A DNA stretch of 35,102 bases, from NCBI GenBank assembly GCA_038078515.1, contig JBBTYX010000007.1:1-35102 (forward strand), written 5' to 3'. Position numbers and translations under genes: made by a program. Source of the stretch: Patescibacteria group bacterium (lineage in GTDB: Bacteria > Patescibacteriota > Minisyncoccia > 2-01-FULL-47-10 > JBBTYX01). Each line of letters opens with the position of its first letter. Position 1 is the stretch's first letter. The notes beneath the pieces are model-generated. The model made no database searches and was not told where the DNA came from. It saw nothing but the letters and a program-made list of their open reading frames with translations. This document shows positions 15,896-24,369 of the stretch, piece after piece.

Positions 15896-16418
15896 TGTTT
15901 TTTGTTTTTATTTCTTTCCATTTATCAGAAATTAAAATACCTTGCAAATGGTCATATTCGTGTTGTAATACCTTTGCTAAAAATCCTTTTGCATGCAACT
16001 TAAATTCTTTTCCTTCTAAATTTTTAGCTTTGATATTTACGCGACAAGCGCGTCTCACAAAGCCATATTTTTTAGGTATAGACAAACATCCTTCTCCTTC
16101 GTCATTATATGGTTTAGATATTTTACTTATAATCGGATTTATAAAAACATATCCATTTTTAATATCAATATTATCAATTTTATCAAATTTATATTTAGAT
16201 ACGCCTTTATGCGATTCATCTTTAAACGCGATACTATCAACAACAAATAGCTGTATATTTTTTCCTACTTGCGGCGCGGCTAATCCAACGCCCTTCCATT
16301 CGCGCATTTTAATAAACATATCTAAAACAAGCTCCTTTACATCATGAGTTATATGTTCTATTTTCTTGTTTTCATTTCTTAATATTGGATTTTTTTTACC
16401 TATTGTTAATGTGAGCAT
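15885..16418 (-). CDS. def: Peptide deformylase
   Basis: All three signature motifs are present: GVGLAAPQVG, EGCLSIP and QHEYDHLQG. Confidence 0.92.
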   Translation of the reverse strand: MLTLTIGKKNPILRNENKKIEHITHDVKELVLDMFIKMREWKGVGLAAPQVGKNIQLFVVDSIAFKDESHKGVSKYKFDKIDNIDIKNGYVFINPIISKISKPYNDEGEGCLSIPKKYGFVRRACRVNIKAKNLEGKEFKLHAKGFLAKVLQHEYDHLQGILISDKWKEIKTKNNEQ

Positions 16419-16422
16419 AATT

Positions 16423-18180
16423 CTATTCTAAAATATCAACTTCCCAATCAAAAGGAATAAATTCAAGTAAATATTTTTTTACATCTCTGCTTCCAATTTT
16501 AATAATAATTTCATAACGAAACTTTCCCTTTAATTTATATATTAAAGCTGGCATAAAATCAAATATTTTTGTATTTAATCCTTTTTTATTTTTAATATAT
16601 TCCAATTTTTTATTTAAAACCTTTGCTTCGTTTATGGCGCTTACTTCGTTTTTATGGGAAAAAGTTAATTTAATCATTTCTGTAAACGGCGGATAATTTA
16701 AAGCTTTTCTTTCTTTTAATTCATTCTCATAAAATAATTTATAATCATTTTTTAAAATAGCGTTGTAAATAATATTTTCCTTATCATATGTTTGTATAGC
16801 AAAATCATTTTTAGCAAAATTTTTTAACCGCCATAAATTAAAAAAAGTATAAAGAAACGCGTTATAATCAGGAAAATTAAGCTCTAAATCTGGCGCAAGA
16901 GCTATTACGCAATCAAATTCTAAATTTTTAAATTTAAAAATTATTGAAGTTGTTATTGTAAAATCTGCATTATTTATATCTAAAATTTGTTCTTCTAAAT
17001 CTTTTTTTACATCTGAGTCCAGTCTAACCACTTTGACAAAGGGCATTATTTCTTTTATTTTTTGTTCAACTTGTTGCGTGCCAAAACCAAAAAGCCCTAA
17101 ATTATGATAACCGCATTTATCGCATATTTTAGGAGTCTCTGTTTTATACAAACAATAATGACAAAGAAGATAAGGTAATTCAAATTTTTTATGATAAGTA
17201 AGAGTAACGCTACAATTTTTACATTGAGGCATAAAACCGCAATCTTTACAAACAACTAAACGAGAATACCCTCTGCGATTTATATAAAGTAAAACTTTTT
17301 TATTTTCTTTAAACGATTTATTTAAAATATCAATAGTCTCTCTTATAAAAATATCTCCGTATGGCAAATTTATTAAATCTATTATTTTAGTTTTATTATT
17401 TTTATTATTTTCACTCCGCACTCTGTTTGCGGAGTGAAAACTTATATTTTTTTTCCAAGAAAAAAGAGATGGGATAGAGCAGTGATTTTCAATTTTAGCG
17501 CCAGTTAACTCTGCTAATTTTTTTGCAACTGAAACAGCGCTATAATGCGGTTTTTGATCCCAAGATAAATGCGATTGATCAAGTTCTTCATATATTATAA
17601 TTTTTTTTAAATTAATATATGGAGCAAAAAGAGCAGACTTAGTGCCTTTTACTTCGCTAATATTGCCATTTCTAATTTCATTAAACAAATCAAATTCTTT
17701 TTTTAATCCCAATTTAGATGTAATATCAATTTCATAATCGGTAACTCGGTTACCGATATATTTCATAGGATATAAATATAGCGTCTGTTCAACCTTTTCA
17801 CTATCGGTAACTCGGTTACCGATAGTGAATTTGTCTGGATTTTTCAGTAAATATTTTGGTATAAACTTTTTTAAAACAAGTCCAAAAGATGTCCAATAAT
17901 ACTGGCTTATCCATTTAGCTAATTCAATTTGATATGAAAATAACACAGGTTCGTCAATAATTGAATATTCAATAGGCTTTAGCGCAAAAGTAGAGCTTCT
18001 AATAATGCTTTTTTTATGTTTAATTGTATCGCATTCTAAAACAATTGCAGGATATTTTTTATTGCGCATTTTTATCTCAACCAATGATCCGATATTTAAT
18101 TTTCGCGCGCTAAAAAAACTCATTTCTTGCGGATTAGGACGAGGAATATTAGTTAACGGAGTAGCCTTTATTAAAAACAT
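16423..18180 (-). CDS. priA: Primosomal protein N' (PriA) homologue with degenerate helicase motifs
   Basis: Retained features: an N-terminal DNA-binding-like region, LAKWISQYYW, GTKSALFAPY, VLLYINRRGYSRLVVCKDCG, an 8-Cys zinc-binding region (CKDCGFMPQCKNC...CHYC...CDKCG), a GFGTQQVEQ block and the C-terminal domain. Synteny is priA-def-fmt. No GxGKT is present anywhere, and DEEH is replaced by YEEL. The start is placed at MFLIKATP (18180) rather than the track start 18213. Confidence 0.8.
   Translation of the reverse strand: MFLIKATPLTNIPRPNPQEMSFFSARKLNIGSLVEIKMRNKKYPAIVLECDTIKHKKSIIRSSTFALKPIEYSIIDEPVLFSYQIELAKWISQYYWTSFGLVLKKFIPKYLLKNPDKFTIGNRVTDSEKVEQTLYLYPMKYIGNRVTDYEIDITSKLGLKKEFDLFNEIRNGNISEVKGTKSALFAPYINLKKIIIYEELDQSHLSWDQKPHYSAVSVAKKLAELTGAKIENHCSIPSLFSWKKNISFHSANRVRSENNKNNKTKIIDLINLPYGDIFIRETIDILNKSFKENKKVLLYINRRGYSRLVVCKDCGFMPQCKNCSVTLTYHKKFELPYLLCHYCLYKTETPKICDKCGYHNLGLFGFGTQQVEQKIKEIMPFVKVVRLDSDVKKDLEEQILDINNADFTITTSIIFKFKNLEFDCVIALAPDLELNFPDYNAFLYTFFNLWRLKNFAKNDFAIQTYDKENIIYNAILKNDYKLFYENELKERKALNYPPFTEMIKLTFSHKNEVSAINEAKVLNKKLEYIKNKKGLNTKIFDFMPALIYKLKGKFRYEIIIKIGSRDVKKYLLEFIPFDWEVDILE
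17408..17440. repeat. A second, different perfect palindrome inside priA (13-bp arms TTTTCACTCCGCA / TGCGGAGTGAAAA, 7-nt loop)
   Basis: Read directly from the sequence. It is translated as FHSANRVRSEN on the minus strand. I did not see it elsewhere in the window. Confidence 0.8.
17737..17757. repeat. Palindromic element copy 5, inside priA, translated as IGNRVTD
   Basis: Exact 21-mer. Confidence 0.9.
17803..17823. repeat. Palindromic element copy 6, inside priA, translated as IGNRVTD. The local palindrome extends to CACTATCGG...CCGATAGTG (17800-17826).
   Basis: Exact 21-mer, located 45 bp from copy 5. Confidence 0.9.
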
Positions 18181-18320
18181 ATAACATAACATATAACACA
18201 TAACACATAGCAATTCAATGCATTGTGATAATTTTTTTGCTCAAAATACAAAAAAAGTGTAAAATGGATTAAATGTATAATCTATAATTAAGATGTTTAA
18301 AAATTTTGTCATTAAAAATT

Positions 18321-19037
18321 ATGCAAGTATTTGGTATTAAAATTCGTCCTATATTAGAGAAAAAAGTTTTAAAACTTAATTTTAAGAAACAACTTTTTTT
18401 AATTACGCTTAATCCGGAAATAATGCTCAAGGGTTATTATAGCGCTAATTTTAAACAAATTTTAAATTCTTCTGCTTTTCATACTATTGACGGCATAGGC
18501 CTTCAGATAATAGCGCGTTTTTTATATAAAAAAAAAATAAAGCGCGCAACAGGGTCAGATTTATTTACAAAACTCTTAAATAAAATTAATATAGAGAATA
18601 ACCACAAAATATTTTTATACGGAGCAAGTGAAAATAGTTTAAATAAAGCGCTAAATCGTATCCGCTACAATTATCCCAATATAATTATTAACGGTATTCA
18701 TGGCGATATACCTAAAAAAGAAGCTGTTAAAATGATAAACCAAAAAAAACCAGAGATTCTTCTTGTAGCTCTTGGCGCGCCAAAACAGGAAGTATTTTTA
18801 TATAATTATTTATTTAAAATGCCTTCTGTGAAACTTGCTATTGGAATTGGAGGAGGAATTGATTCATTTGCGCATCCATACCTCAGGGGCCCCTTATTTA
18901 TGCGTAAAATTGGTTTAGAATGGTTTTGGAGACTTTTAGTAGAGCCGTGGCGATTGCCAAGAATATTTCGCGCCACAATTATTTTTCCAATTAAAGCAAT
19001 AAAAGAAAAAATGCTGTTTAAACAAGCAATAAAATGA
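18321..19037 (+). CDS. tagA: WecG/TagA/CpsF-family glycosyltransferase (N-acetylmannosaminyltransferase-like)
   Basis: Family pattern: LITLNPE ... DGIGL ... LYGASE ... ILLVALGAPKQEVFL ... IGIGGGIDSFA ... GLEWFWRLLVEPWRLPRI. The ATG at 18321 is preferred to the TTG at 18306. The TGA stop overlaps the murC ATG (ATGA). Confidence 0.8.
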   Translation: MQVFGIKIRPILEKKVLKLNFKKQLFLITLNPEIMLKGYYSANFKQILNSSAFHTIDGIGLQIIARFLYKKKIKRATGSDLFTKLLNKINIENNHKIFLYGASENSLNKALNRIRYNYPNIIINGIHGDIPKKEAVKMINQKKPEILLVALGAPKQEVFLYNYLFKMPSVKLAIGIGGGIDSFAHPYLRGPLFMRKIGLEWFWRLLVEPWRLPRIFRATIIFPIKAIKEKMLFKQAIK

Positions 19038-20302
19038 TAAACTTAAATACTAAAAAACATATTTATATTGTTGGCATAAAAGGCGCTGGAGTATCGGGAT
19101 TAGCTCAAATTTTAAAAGGATTAGGGCATAATGTATTTGGTTCTGATATTTCTGATAAATTTTTTACTGACAAAATTCTAAAAAAAGAAAATATTAAAAT
19201 TAAAACGCCTTTTGCAATTAAAAATATTTCTCAAAATATTGATTTAGCTATTTCTTCAAGCACTTACATAGGTAGCAATAATATTGAAATAAAAGAGCTT
19301 GAAAAACGACATATTCCAATTTTTGGATATGCAAATGCTTTGGGAAATATTTTTAATCAATATTACGGAATAGCAATAGCAGGAACTCATGGCAAAAGCA
19401 CTGTAAGCGCAATGATTGCTTATGTTTTAGAACAAGCGAAATTAGACCCTTTTGCTTTAATAGGAGCCGAATTACTGAATTGGAAATCAAATGCCCGTAT
19501 TCCTCAAAATATTACTCCTAACTCTATATTTGTTATAGAAGCTGACGAATATAAAGAACAATTTTTAAATTATAAGCCCAATATAATAGTTTTAACTGAT
19601 ATTGATTTTGATCATCCAGATTATTATAAAAATAAAAATGATTATAAAAAAGCATTTAAAAAATTCAATGATAATTTAAAAAAAGACGGTTCAATTATTA
19701 AAAATAATAAATTAGAAATTAGAGGGTATAATTTACAAATAATTGGCAAACATAATCAAAGAAACGCTAATTTAGCTTATTTAACTTGTAAAAAATTAAA
19801 TATCAAAGATAGCGTAATTAAAAAAGCGCTTTTTTTATTTAAAGGAACTCGCAGGCGTTTAGAAAAAATAGGAGAGTATAACGGTTCTATTATAATTGAC
19901 GATTACGCTCATCATCCAATAGAAATAAAAGCGTCTTTATTAGCTTTAAAAAAAGAATATCCAAATAAAGAATTGGTTGTGTTATTTCATCCACATACAT
20001 TTTCTCGCACTAAAAAATTTTTAAAAGAATTCGCTAAAAGTTTAACAGCGGCTGATAGAATTTATTTATTAGATATTTACTCATCAGCTCGTGAAGAAAA
20101 TTCAAATATCACATCAGATAATATAATACAAAACATTAAAAAAAACGCGGTAAATTTAAAAACAATAAAAAACGCTATAAAATTTTTAAAAAAAAATTTA
20201 TCGTCAAAACAAGTATTAGTAACAATGGGAGCGGGCGATGTTTGCAATGTGGCTTACGCTCTAATAAATCATAAAAAAATTAGAACCTCTAACAAATTCT
20301 AA
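19034..20302 (+). CDS. murC: UDP-N-acetylmuramate--L-alanine ligase
   Basis: IYIVGIKGAGVSGLAQIL (Rossmann-like N-domain), the Mur ligase P-loop IAGTHGKSTVSAM, DDYAHHPIEI, and a C-terminal domain. Confidence 0.9.
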   Translation: MINLNTKKHIYIVGIKGAGVSGLAQILKGLGHNVFGSDISDKFFTDKILKKENIKIKTPFAIKNISQNIDLAISSSTYIGSNNIEIKELEKRHIPIFGYANALGNIFNQYYGIAIAGTHGKSTVSAMIAYVLEQAKLDPFALIGAELLNWKSNARIPQNITPNSIFVIEADEYKEQFLNYKPNIIVLTDIDFDHPDYYKNKNDYKKAFKKFNDNLKKDGSIIKNNKLEIRGYNLQIIGKHNQRNANLAYLTCKKLNIKDSVIKKALFLFKGTRRRLEKIGEYNGSIIIDDYAHHPIEIKASLLALKKEYPNKELVVLFHPHTFSRTKKFLKEFAKSLTAADRIYLLDIYSSAREENSNITSDNIIQNIKKNAVNLKTIKNAIKFLKKNLSSKQVLVTMGAGDVCNVAYALINHKKIRTSNKF

Positions 20303-20410
20303 ATATGCGTTCACTGCGTTCAATACATTGCTTCGCAATAACACTTTGTTCAGTAAGAATTTGTTGAGAACCTTGTTTTTTAAATTATTAAATTTAAAAA
20401 ATTAAATAAT

Positions 20411-20626
20411 ATGCAAATTGTTGTAAAAACAAATTCAAAACAACATAAATTAGTTAAAATTGATGAAAATAATTTTATAGCTTACATTAAAACATTGCCA
20501 AAACAAGGAAAAGCAAATAAAGAATTAGTTGAATTGTTGTCAGAAAAATTTAAAATTCCTAAAAACAGAATATGGATAAAATATGGTTTGAAATCAAAAA
20601 ACAAAATTATTAAAATTATTGATTAA
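20411..20626 (+). CDS. DUF167 (YggU-like) small protein
   Basis: At 71 aa it has the DUF167-like core LPKQGKANKELVELLSEKFKIPKNRIWIKYGLKSKNKII. Confidence 0.6.
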   Translation: MQIVVKTNSKQHKLVKIDENNFIAYIKTLPKQGKANKELVELLSEKFKIPKNRIWIKYGLKSKNKIIKIID

Positions 20627-20640
20627 AAAAATATTAAAAT

Positions 20641-21762
20641 ATGAATATTGGTATTGATTGTCATTATATACATAGCAAACCGCGAGTAGCTCAATATGTT
20701 ATAAGCTTACTTTTATCGTGGAAAAATAATGGCTATTTTCGCACGCGGGAAAATAGAATTTTTTGTTATTTTAACAAAAAAGACGATTTAATAGATAGTT
20801 TTCCTAAAGAAGTAGAAATTATTATAAGTAAAAGCAAAAATAATACTTTATTTGAACAAATAGCGCTTCCAATGGAAATATCAAAAGACAAATTAGATGT
20901 ATTTTTTTCTCCTTATCTTTTACTTCCATTTTTTTCATTTAAAAAATCAATTATTACCATATATGACATTTCTTTTGTGGAATATCCAAAAGAATCAAGT
21001 TGGAGAAATTTCTTTGATTATAGATATCGTAAATATTTATCAAAAAGAGCTGCTAAATCAGCAAGCGCCATTATTACGCCAACAGAGTTTACTAAAAAAG
21101 AACTAATGAGGTTATGGGGCATTTCAGAAAAAAAAATTTATGTTTTACCTTTGGGTAGTAATATTAATTTCCATAAAACACAGCTTTTAAATTTTCCGCG
21201 CCAAGAGTTTATTTTATTTAAAGGTTCTATTTTAACAAGAAGGTATCTGCCGCAAATAATAAAAATTTTTTATGAAATAGCAAAAAATCATCCTACGCTT
21301 CGTTTTATAATAGTTGGTAAAGATTTAACTAATCCTTCGCAAAATATAGATAATCTAATAGAAAAAGTAAATTATAATTTAATAAGAAAAGCTATCACTC
21401 GCTTTGACAAAGCTTCGGAACAAGATATGCTGACTTTTTATTCCCAAGCAAAAGCATTTATTTATCTATCGGAATATGAAGGATTTTGTCTACCTATAAT
21501 AGAGGCAATGAATTCAGGTTTGCCAATACTCGCTAATAAAAACAAATGTCTGGAAGAAATAGCTGGCAATGCGGCGCTATATATTGATAATCCTAATAAT
21601 GAAGCTGAACTTTATATTAAATTAAATCGTATTTTAACTGATACTAATTTGCGACAAGAATTAAAAGAACGAGGAATACGCCAAGCGCAAAAATTTTCAT
21701 GGCAACAAAGCGCTAAAAAAACTTGGGAAATAATGCAAATGATAGGCCATGATGAACAATAA
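20641..21762 (+). CDS. Glycosyltransferase family 4 (GT-B, group 1)
   Basis: The C-terminal half carries the EX7E-type motif (SEYEGFCLPIIEAMNSGLPILA). Size and domain order are typical of GT4. Confidence 0.8.
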   Translation: MNIGIDCHYIHSKPRVAQYVISLLLSWKNNGYFRTRENRIFCYFNKKDDLIDSFPKEVEIIISKSKNNTLFEQIALPMEISKDKLDVFFSPYLLLPFFSFKKSIITIYDISFVEYPKESSWRNFFDYRYRKYLSKRAAKSASAIITPTEFTKKELMRLWGISEKKIYVLPLGSNINFHKTQLLNFPRQEFILFKGSILTRRYLPQIIKIFYEIAKNHPTLRFIIVGKDLTNPSQNIDNLIEKVNYNLIRKAITRFDKASEQDMLTFYSQAKAFIYLSEYEGFCLPIIEAMNSGLPILANKNKCLEEIAGNAALYIDNPNNEAELYIKLNRILTDTNLRQELKERGIRQAQKFSWQQSAKKTWEIMQMIGHDEQ

Positions 21763-21781
21763 CATTTAATTCTAATAAATT

Positions 21782-22654
21782 GTGCCAAAAATCACAATAA
21801 TAATAATAAATTATAATACTGAAAAAGAAACAATAAAGTGTTTAAAATCGCTTCAAAAATTAAATTACAAAAATTTTGAAGTAATTTTAATTGATAATGC
21901 TTCTAATAATTTTAATAAAATAGAGATTTGGATAAAAAAATACAAAAACCAAAATAAAAATATAAAAATATACAAGCTAAAATATAATAATGGTTTTACC
22001 GGAGGCGTAAATTTTGGAATTAAAAAAACTTTAAAAAATAAAACAGATTATGTATGGCTTTTAAATAATGATACTATTGTTGACAAAAATTGTTTAACAG
22101 AACTTGTAAAAACAGCTGAACAGGAAAATTCTGCAATTACTGGCAATAAAATATTTTCTCTGTCTAAAAAACAAACAAAATTAAAAACCAATAAATCTAA
22201 TTTAGAGTTTAACAGCGGTAGCTTTGATTGGATTAGAGGATCTTATCCAAAAGGCGCGATAAAAAAACCTAAATGGATTACTGGAACTTCAATGCTTATA
22301 AAAAAAGAAGTATTTGAAATTATTGGCTTATTTGATGAAAGATTTTTTCTTTATTATGAAGATGTGGATTTTTGTTTTTGCGCGAGAAAAAAGGGACTTA
22401 AATTATCTATATCAGAAAAAGCTTTATTATGGCATAAAAAATCGTCCTCAACAAAAATACTTGGCAAAGATCTAATTTTATATTATCATTATCGTAACTT
22501 AATGCTTTTAACAAAAAAACACGCTCCAAAAACAATAAAATATATAATATATCTTTGGGGTTATTTTTTAATTTTTCGTTATTTTTTTTCTAAGCATATA
22601 AAATACGCTATTTATGATTTTTATCATAATAGATTCGGAAAATTTAATCACTAA
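21782..22654 (+). CDS. Glycosyltransferase family 2 (GT-A)
   Basis: ITIIIINYNTEKETIKCLKSL...VILIDNASN, followed by NNGFTGGVNFG, then LNNDT and the later YYEDVDFC motif. GTG start. Confidence 0.8.
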   Translation: MPKITIIIINYNTEKETIKCLKSLQKLNYKNFEVILIDNASNNFNKIEIWIKKYKNQNKNIKIYKLKYNNGFTGGVNFGIKKTLKNKTDYVWLLNNDTIVDKNCLTELVKTAEQENSAITGNKIFSLSKKQTKLKTNKSNLEFNSGSFDWIRGSYPKGAIKKPKWITGTSMLIKKEVFEIIGLFDERFFLYYEDVDFCFCARKKGLKLSISEKALLWHKKSSSTKILGKDLILYYHYRNLMLLTKKHAPKTIKYIIYLWGYFLIFRYFFSKHIKYAIYDFYHNRFGKFNH

Positions 22655-22679
22655 GTATTAAAAATCTCACTAAGATATT

Positions 22680-24356
22680 ATGTTTCAACAACAAACAATA
22701 AAATGCCAGAATTGTAAAAGCGAATTCACGATTGAACCAGAAGATTTTGAATTTTATTCTAAAATACAAGTTCCTTCTCCTACATTTTGTCTTGAGTGCA
22801 GATTTAAAAGAAGAGCTGTCTGGCGAAATGAAACCACTCTTTACACTGGCAGAAAATGCGATAAATGTGGCAAATCTGTTATTTCTATGTATAATCCTAA
22901 TTCTCCATACACTGTCTATTGCTATGAGTGTTACAATTCTGATTCTTGGGATCCAAAAGATTATGCAATGGATTATAACAAAGACAAGCCATTTTTTGAA
23001 CAGTTAAATGATTTAATAAAAAAGGTTCCGAAAATAACAACGCATATTACTTCTGGCGCAGGGCAGAATGTGAATAGTAAATATACAAATATGGCAGGGA
23101 GTAATAAGAATAGCTATATGCTTTTCAACGGTGGATCAAATGAAAATGTAATGTACTCTCGCGGACCGTTTAAGTGCATGGATTCAATTGATTTATATTT
23201 AGCAACTGAAGTTGAGCTTGGTTATGAATTAGTAAATACTCACAAATCAAACAAAATAATCTGGAGTAAAAATTCACGCGCTTGCTTGGATAGCTCATTT
23301 CTTTTGAATTGCAGTGGATGTACTAGTTGTTTTGGCTGTGTTAATTTACACAACAAAAGTTACCATTTTCTTAATGAACTGCTAAGTAAGGAAGAATATC
23401 AAAAAAAAGTAAATAAACTCATAGGAAGTTATTTAAAAATAGAAAAATTCAGGAAAGAATTTGAAAATTTTGTTCTTAAATTTCCACACCGAGAAAACAA
23501 TAATTTGAAAACAGTGAATAGTGTCGGCGATTACCTGACAGAATGTAAGAATTTATTTAATTGTTTTGAAGTGACAAAGAGTGAAGATTGCAAGAATATG
23601 TTTGCCACTAAAATGAGTAAAGACAGTTACGATTGTATTGGCTACGGCTATAATGCTGAATTACTTTTAGAATGTATTACAGTAGGTTATTCAAGTCGTA
23701 TTATTGGGTCAAGCAGTATTGAAAATGGTTATAATTTGGAATATTGCCTCTTTTTAATGAAAAATAATAAAAATTGTTTTGGTTGTGACGCGTTACGAAA
23801 TTCTGAGTATTGTATTTTAAACAAGCAGTATAGTAAGGAAGAATACGAAAAATTGCGTGAGAAAATTATTAATGAATTAAAAGAAAAAAATATATACGGC
23901 CTTTTTATACCATCGGAATTTTCACCCTTTGCTTACAATGAAACGATTGCTCAAGACAATATGCCACTTTCTAAAGATGAAGCCATTTCACAAGGTTTTC
24001 GTTGGGAAGACAATATACAAAAAACAACTGGTAAAGAGACCATGAAATCAGAACAAATTCCAGATCATATAAAAGATGTTAAAAACAATATTGTTAAAGA
24101 AATATTAGTTTGTATAGATTGTAATAGAAATTATAAAATTATACAGGAAGAACTTGATTTTTATCGCAAAATGGTTTTGCCACTTCCGCGCAAATGTTTT
24201 AATTGCCGGCATACTGATCGTATTCATCGCCGCGGGTTAATGAAATTCTGGAGCCGAAAATGCGCTAAGTGCGATAAAATCATCATGACATCTTTTGCAC
24301 CGGAACGTCCTGAGATTGTTTACTGCGAGAAATGCTATCAAGTTGAGGTTGCTTAA
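22680..24356 (+). CDS. Cys-rich protein of unknown function: duplicated zinc-ribbon modules at both termini flanking an internally duplicated Cys/Asn/Ser-rich repeat region
   Basis: The N-terminal module is CQNC...FEFYSKIQVPSPTFCLECRFKRR...CDKCGK...VYCYECY. The C-terminal module is CIDCN...LDFYRKMVLPLPRKCFNCRHTDRIHRR...CAKCDK...VYCEKCY. The two central halves end in NKSYHFLNELLSKEEY and SEYCILNKQYSKEEY. The long intact ORF is clearly coding. Confidence 0.6.
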   Translation: MFQQQTIKCQNCKSEFTIEPEDFEFYSKIQVPSPTFCLECRFKRRAVWRNETTLYTGRKCDKCGKSVISMYNPNSPYTVYCYECYNSDSWDPKDYAMDYNKDKPFFEQLNDLIKKVPKITTHITSGAGQNVNSKYTNMAGSNKNSYMLFNGGSNENVMYSRGPFKCMDSIDLYLATEVELGYELVNTHKSNKIIWSKNSRACLDSSFLLNCSGCTSCFGCVNLHNKSYHFLNELLSKEEYQKKVNKLIGSYLKIEKFRKEFENFVLKFPHRENNNLKTVNSVGDYLTECKNLFNCFEVTKSEDCKNMFATKMSKDSYDCIGYGYNAELLLECITVGYSSRIIGSSSIENGYNLEYCLFLMKNNKNCFGCDALRNSEYCILNKQYSKEEYEKLREKIINELKEKNIYGLFIPSEFSPFAYNETIAQDNMPLSKDEAISQGFRWEDNIQKTTGKETMKSEQIPDHIKDVKNNIVKEILVCIDCNRNYKIIQEELDFYRKMVLPLPRKCFNCRHTDRIHRRGLMKFWSRKCAKCDKIIMTSFAPERPEIVYCEKCYQVEVA

Positions 24357-24369
24357 TTAAAAACATTTT

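Noticed and set aside
15838-16347. A 169-aa plus-strand ORF lies antisense to def. Similar antisense ORFs lie at 975-1310, 1909-2109, 3325-3546, 4183-4533, 4753-4938, 5503-5703, 6205-6399, 10280-10873, 10927-11286, 25234-25593, 25831-26118, 27684-27869, 29229-29657, 29875-30102, 32445-32696 and 33055-33252.
   Set aside because: Each lies entirely within, and opposite to, a CDS with strong family motifs. Their translations are low-complexity (I/F/L/S/K-rich), as expected for the antisense strand of AT-rich coding DNA.
11795-17823. The recurring palindromic 21-mer could be read as a CRISPR array or CRISPR remnant.
   Set aside because: Copies are separated by 24 bp, 1 kb, 2.5 kb, 2.3 kb, 45 bp and 6.6 kb. 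Four lie inside conserved ORFs. Orientation is mixed, and there are no cas genes or leader. A regular repeat-spacer structure is absent.
18181-18213. The ORF track gives priA an N-terminal extension, MLCVMCYMLCYM.
   Set aside because: It is the translation of an AACA(C/T)AT tandem-word array (see the finding on repeat words). PriA homologues begin close to MFLIKATP, so the start is placed at 18180.
18216-18225. A 10-bp perfect palindrome, CAATGCATTG, lies in the divergent priA/tagA promoter region and could be an operator.
   Set aside because: It is a single short palindrome seen once, with no recurrence in the window. It cannot be distinguished from chance.
20291-20381. A possible structured RNA lies after murC. 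A 10-bp stem AACAAATTCT/AGAATTTGTT encloses about 55 nt with small internal hairpins, and a T-run lies at 20375-20381.
   Set aside because: The stem is AT-rich and the T-run is 9 nt from the stem. The internal pairings are short (5 bp). It is most simply a weak murC terminator, and I cannot support calling it an ncRNA gene.
20897-21106. Same-strand nested ORFs in alternative frames lie inside the GT4 gene (20897-21106) and inside the Cys-rich gene (22732-23007).
   Set aside because: They are out-of-frame ORFs within longer, motif-supported CDS. They have no independent start signals, and their composition is low-complexity.
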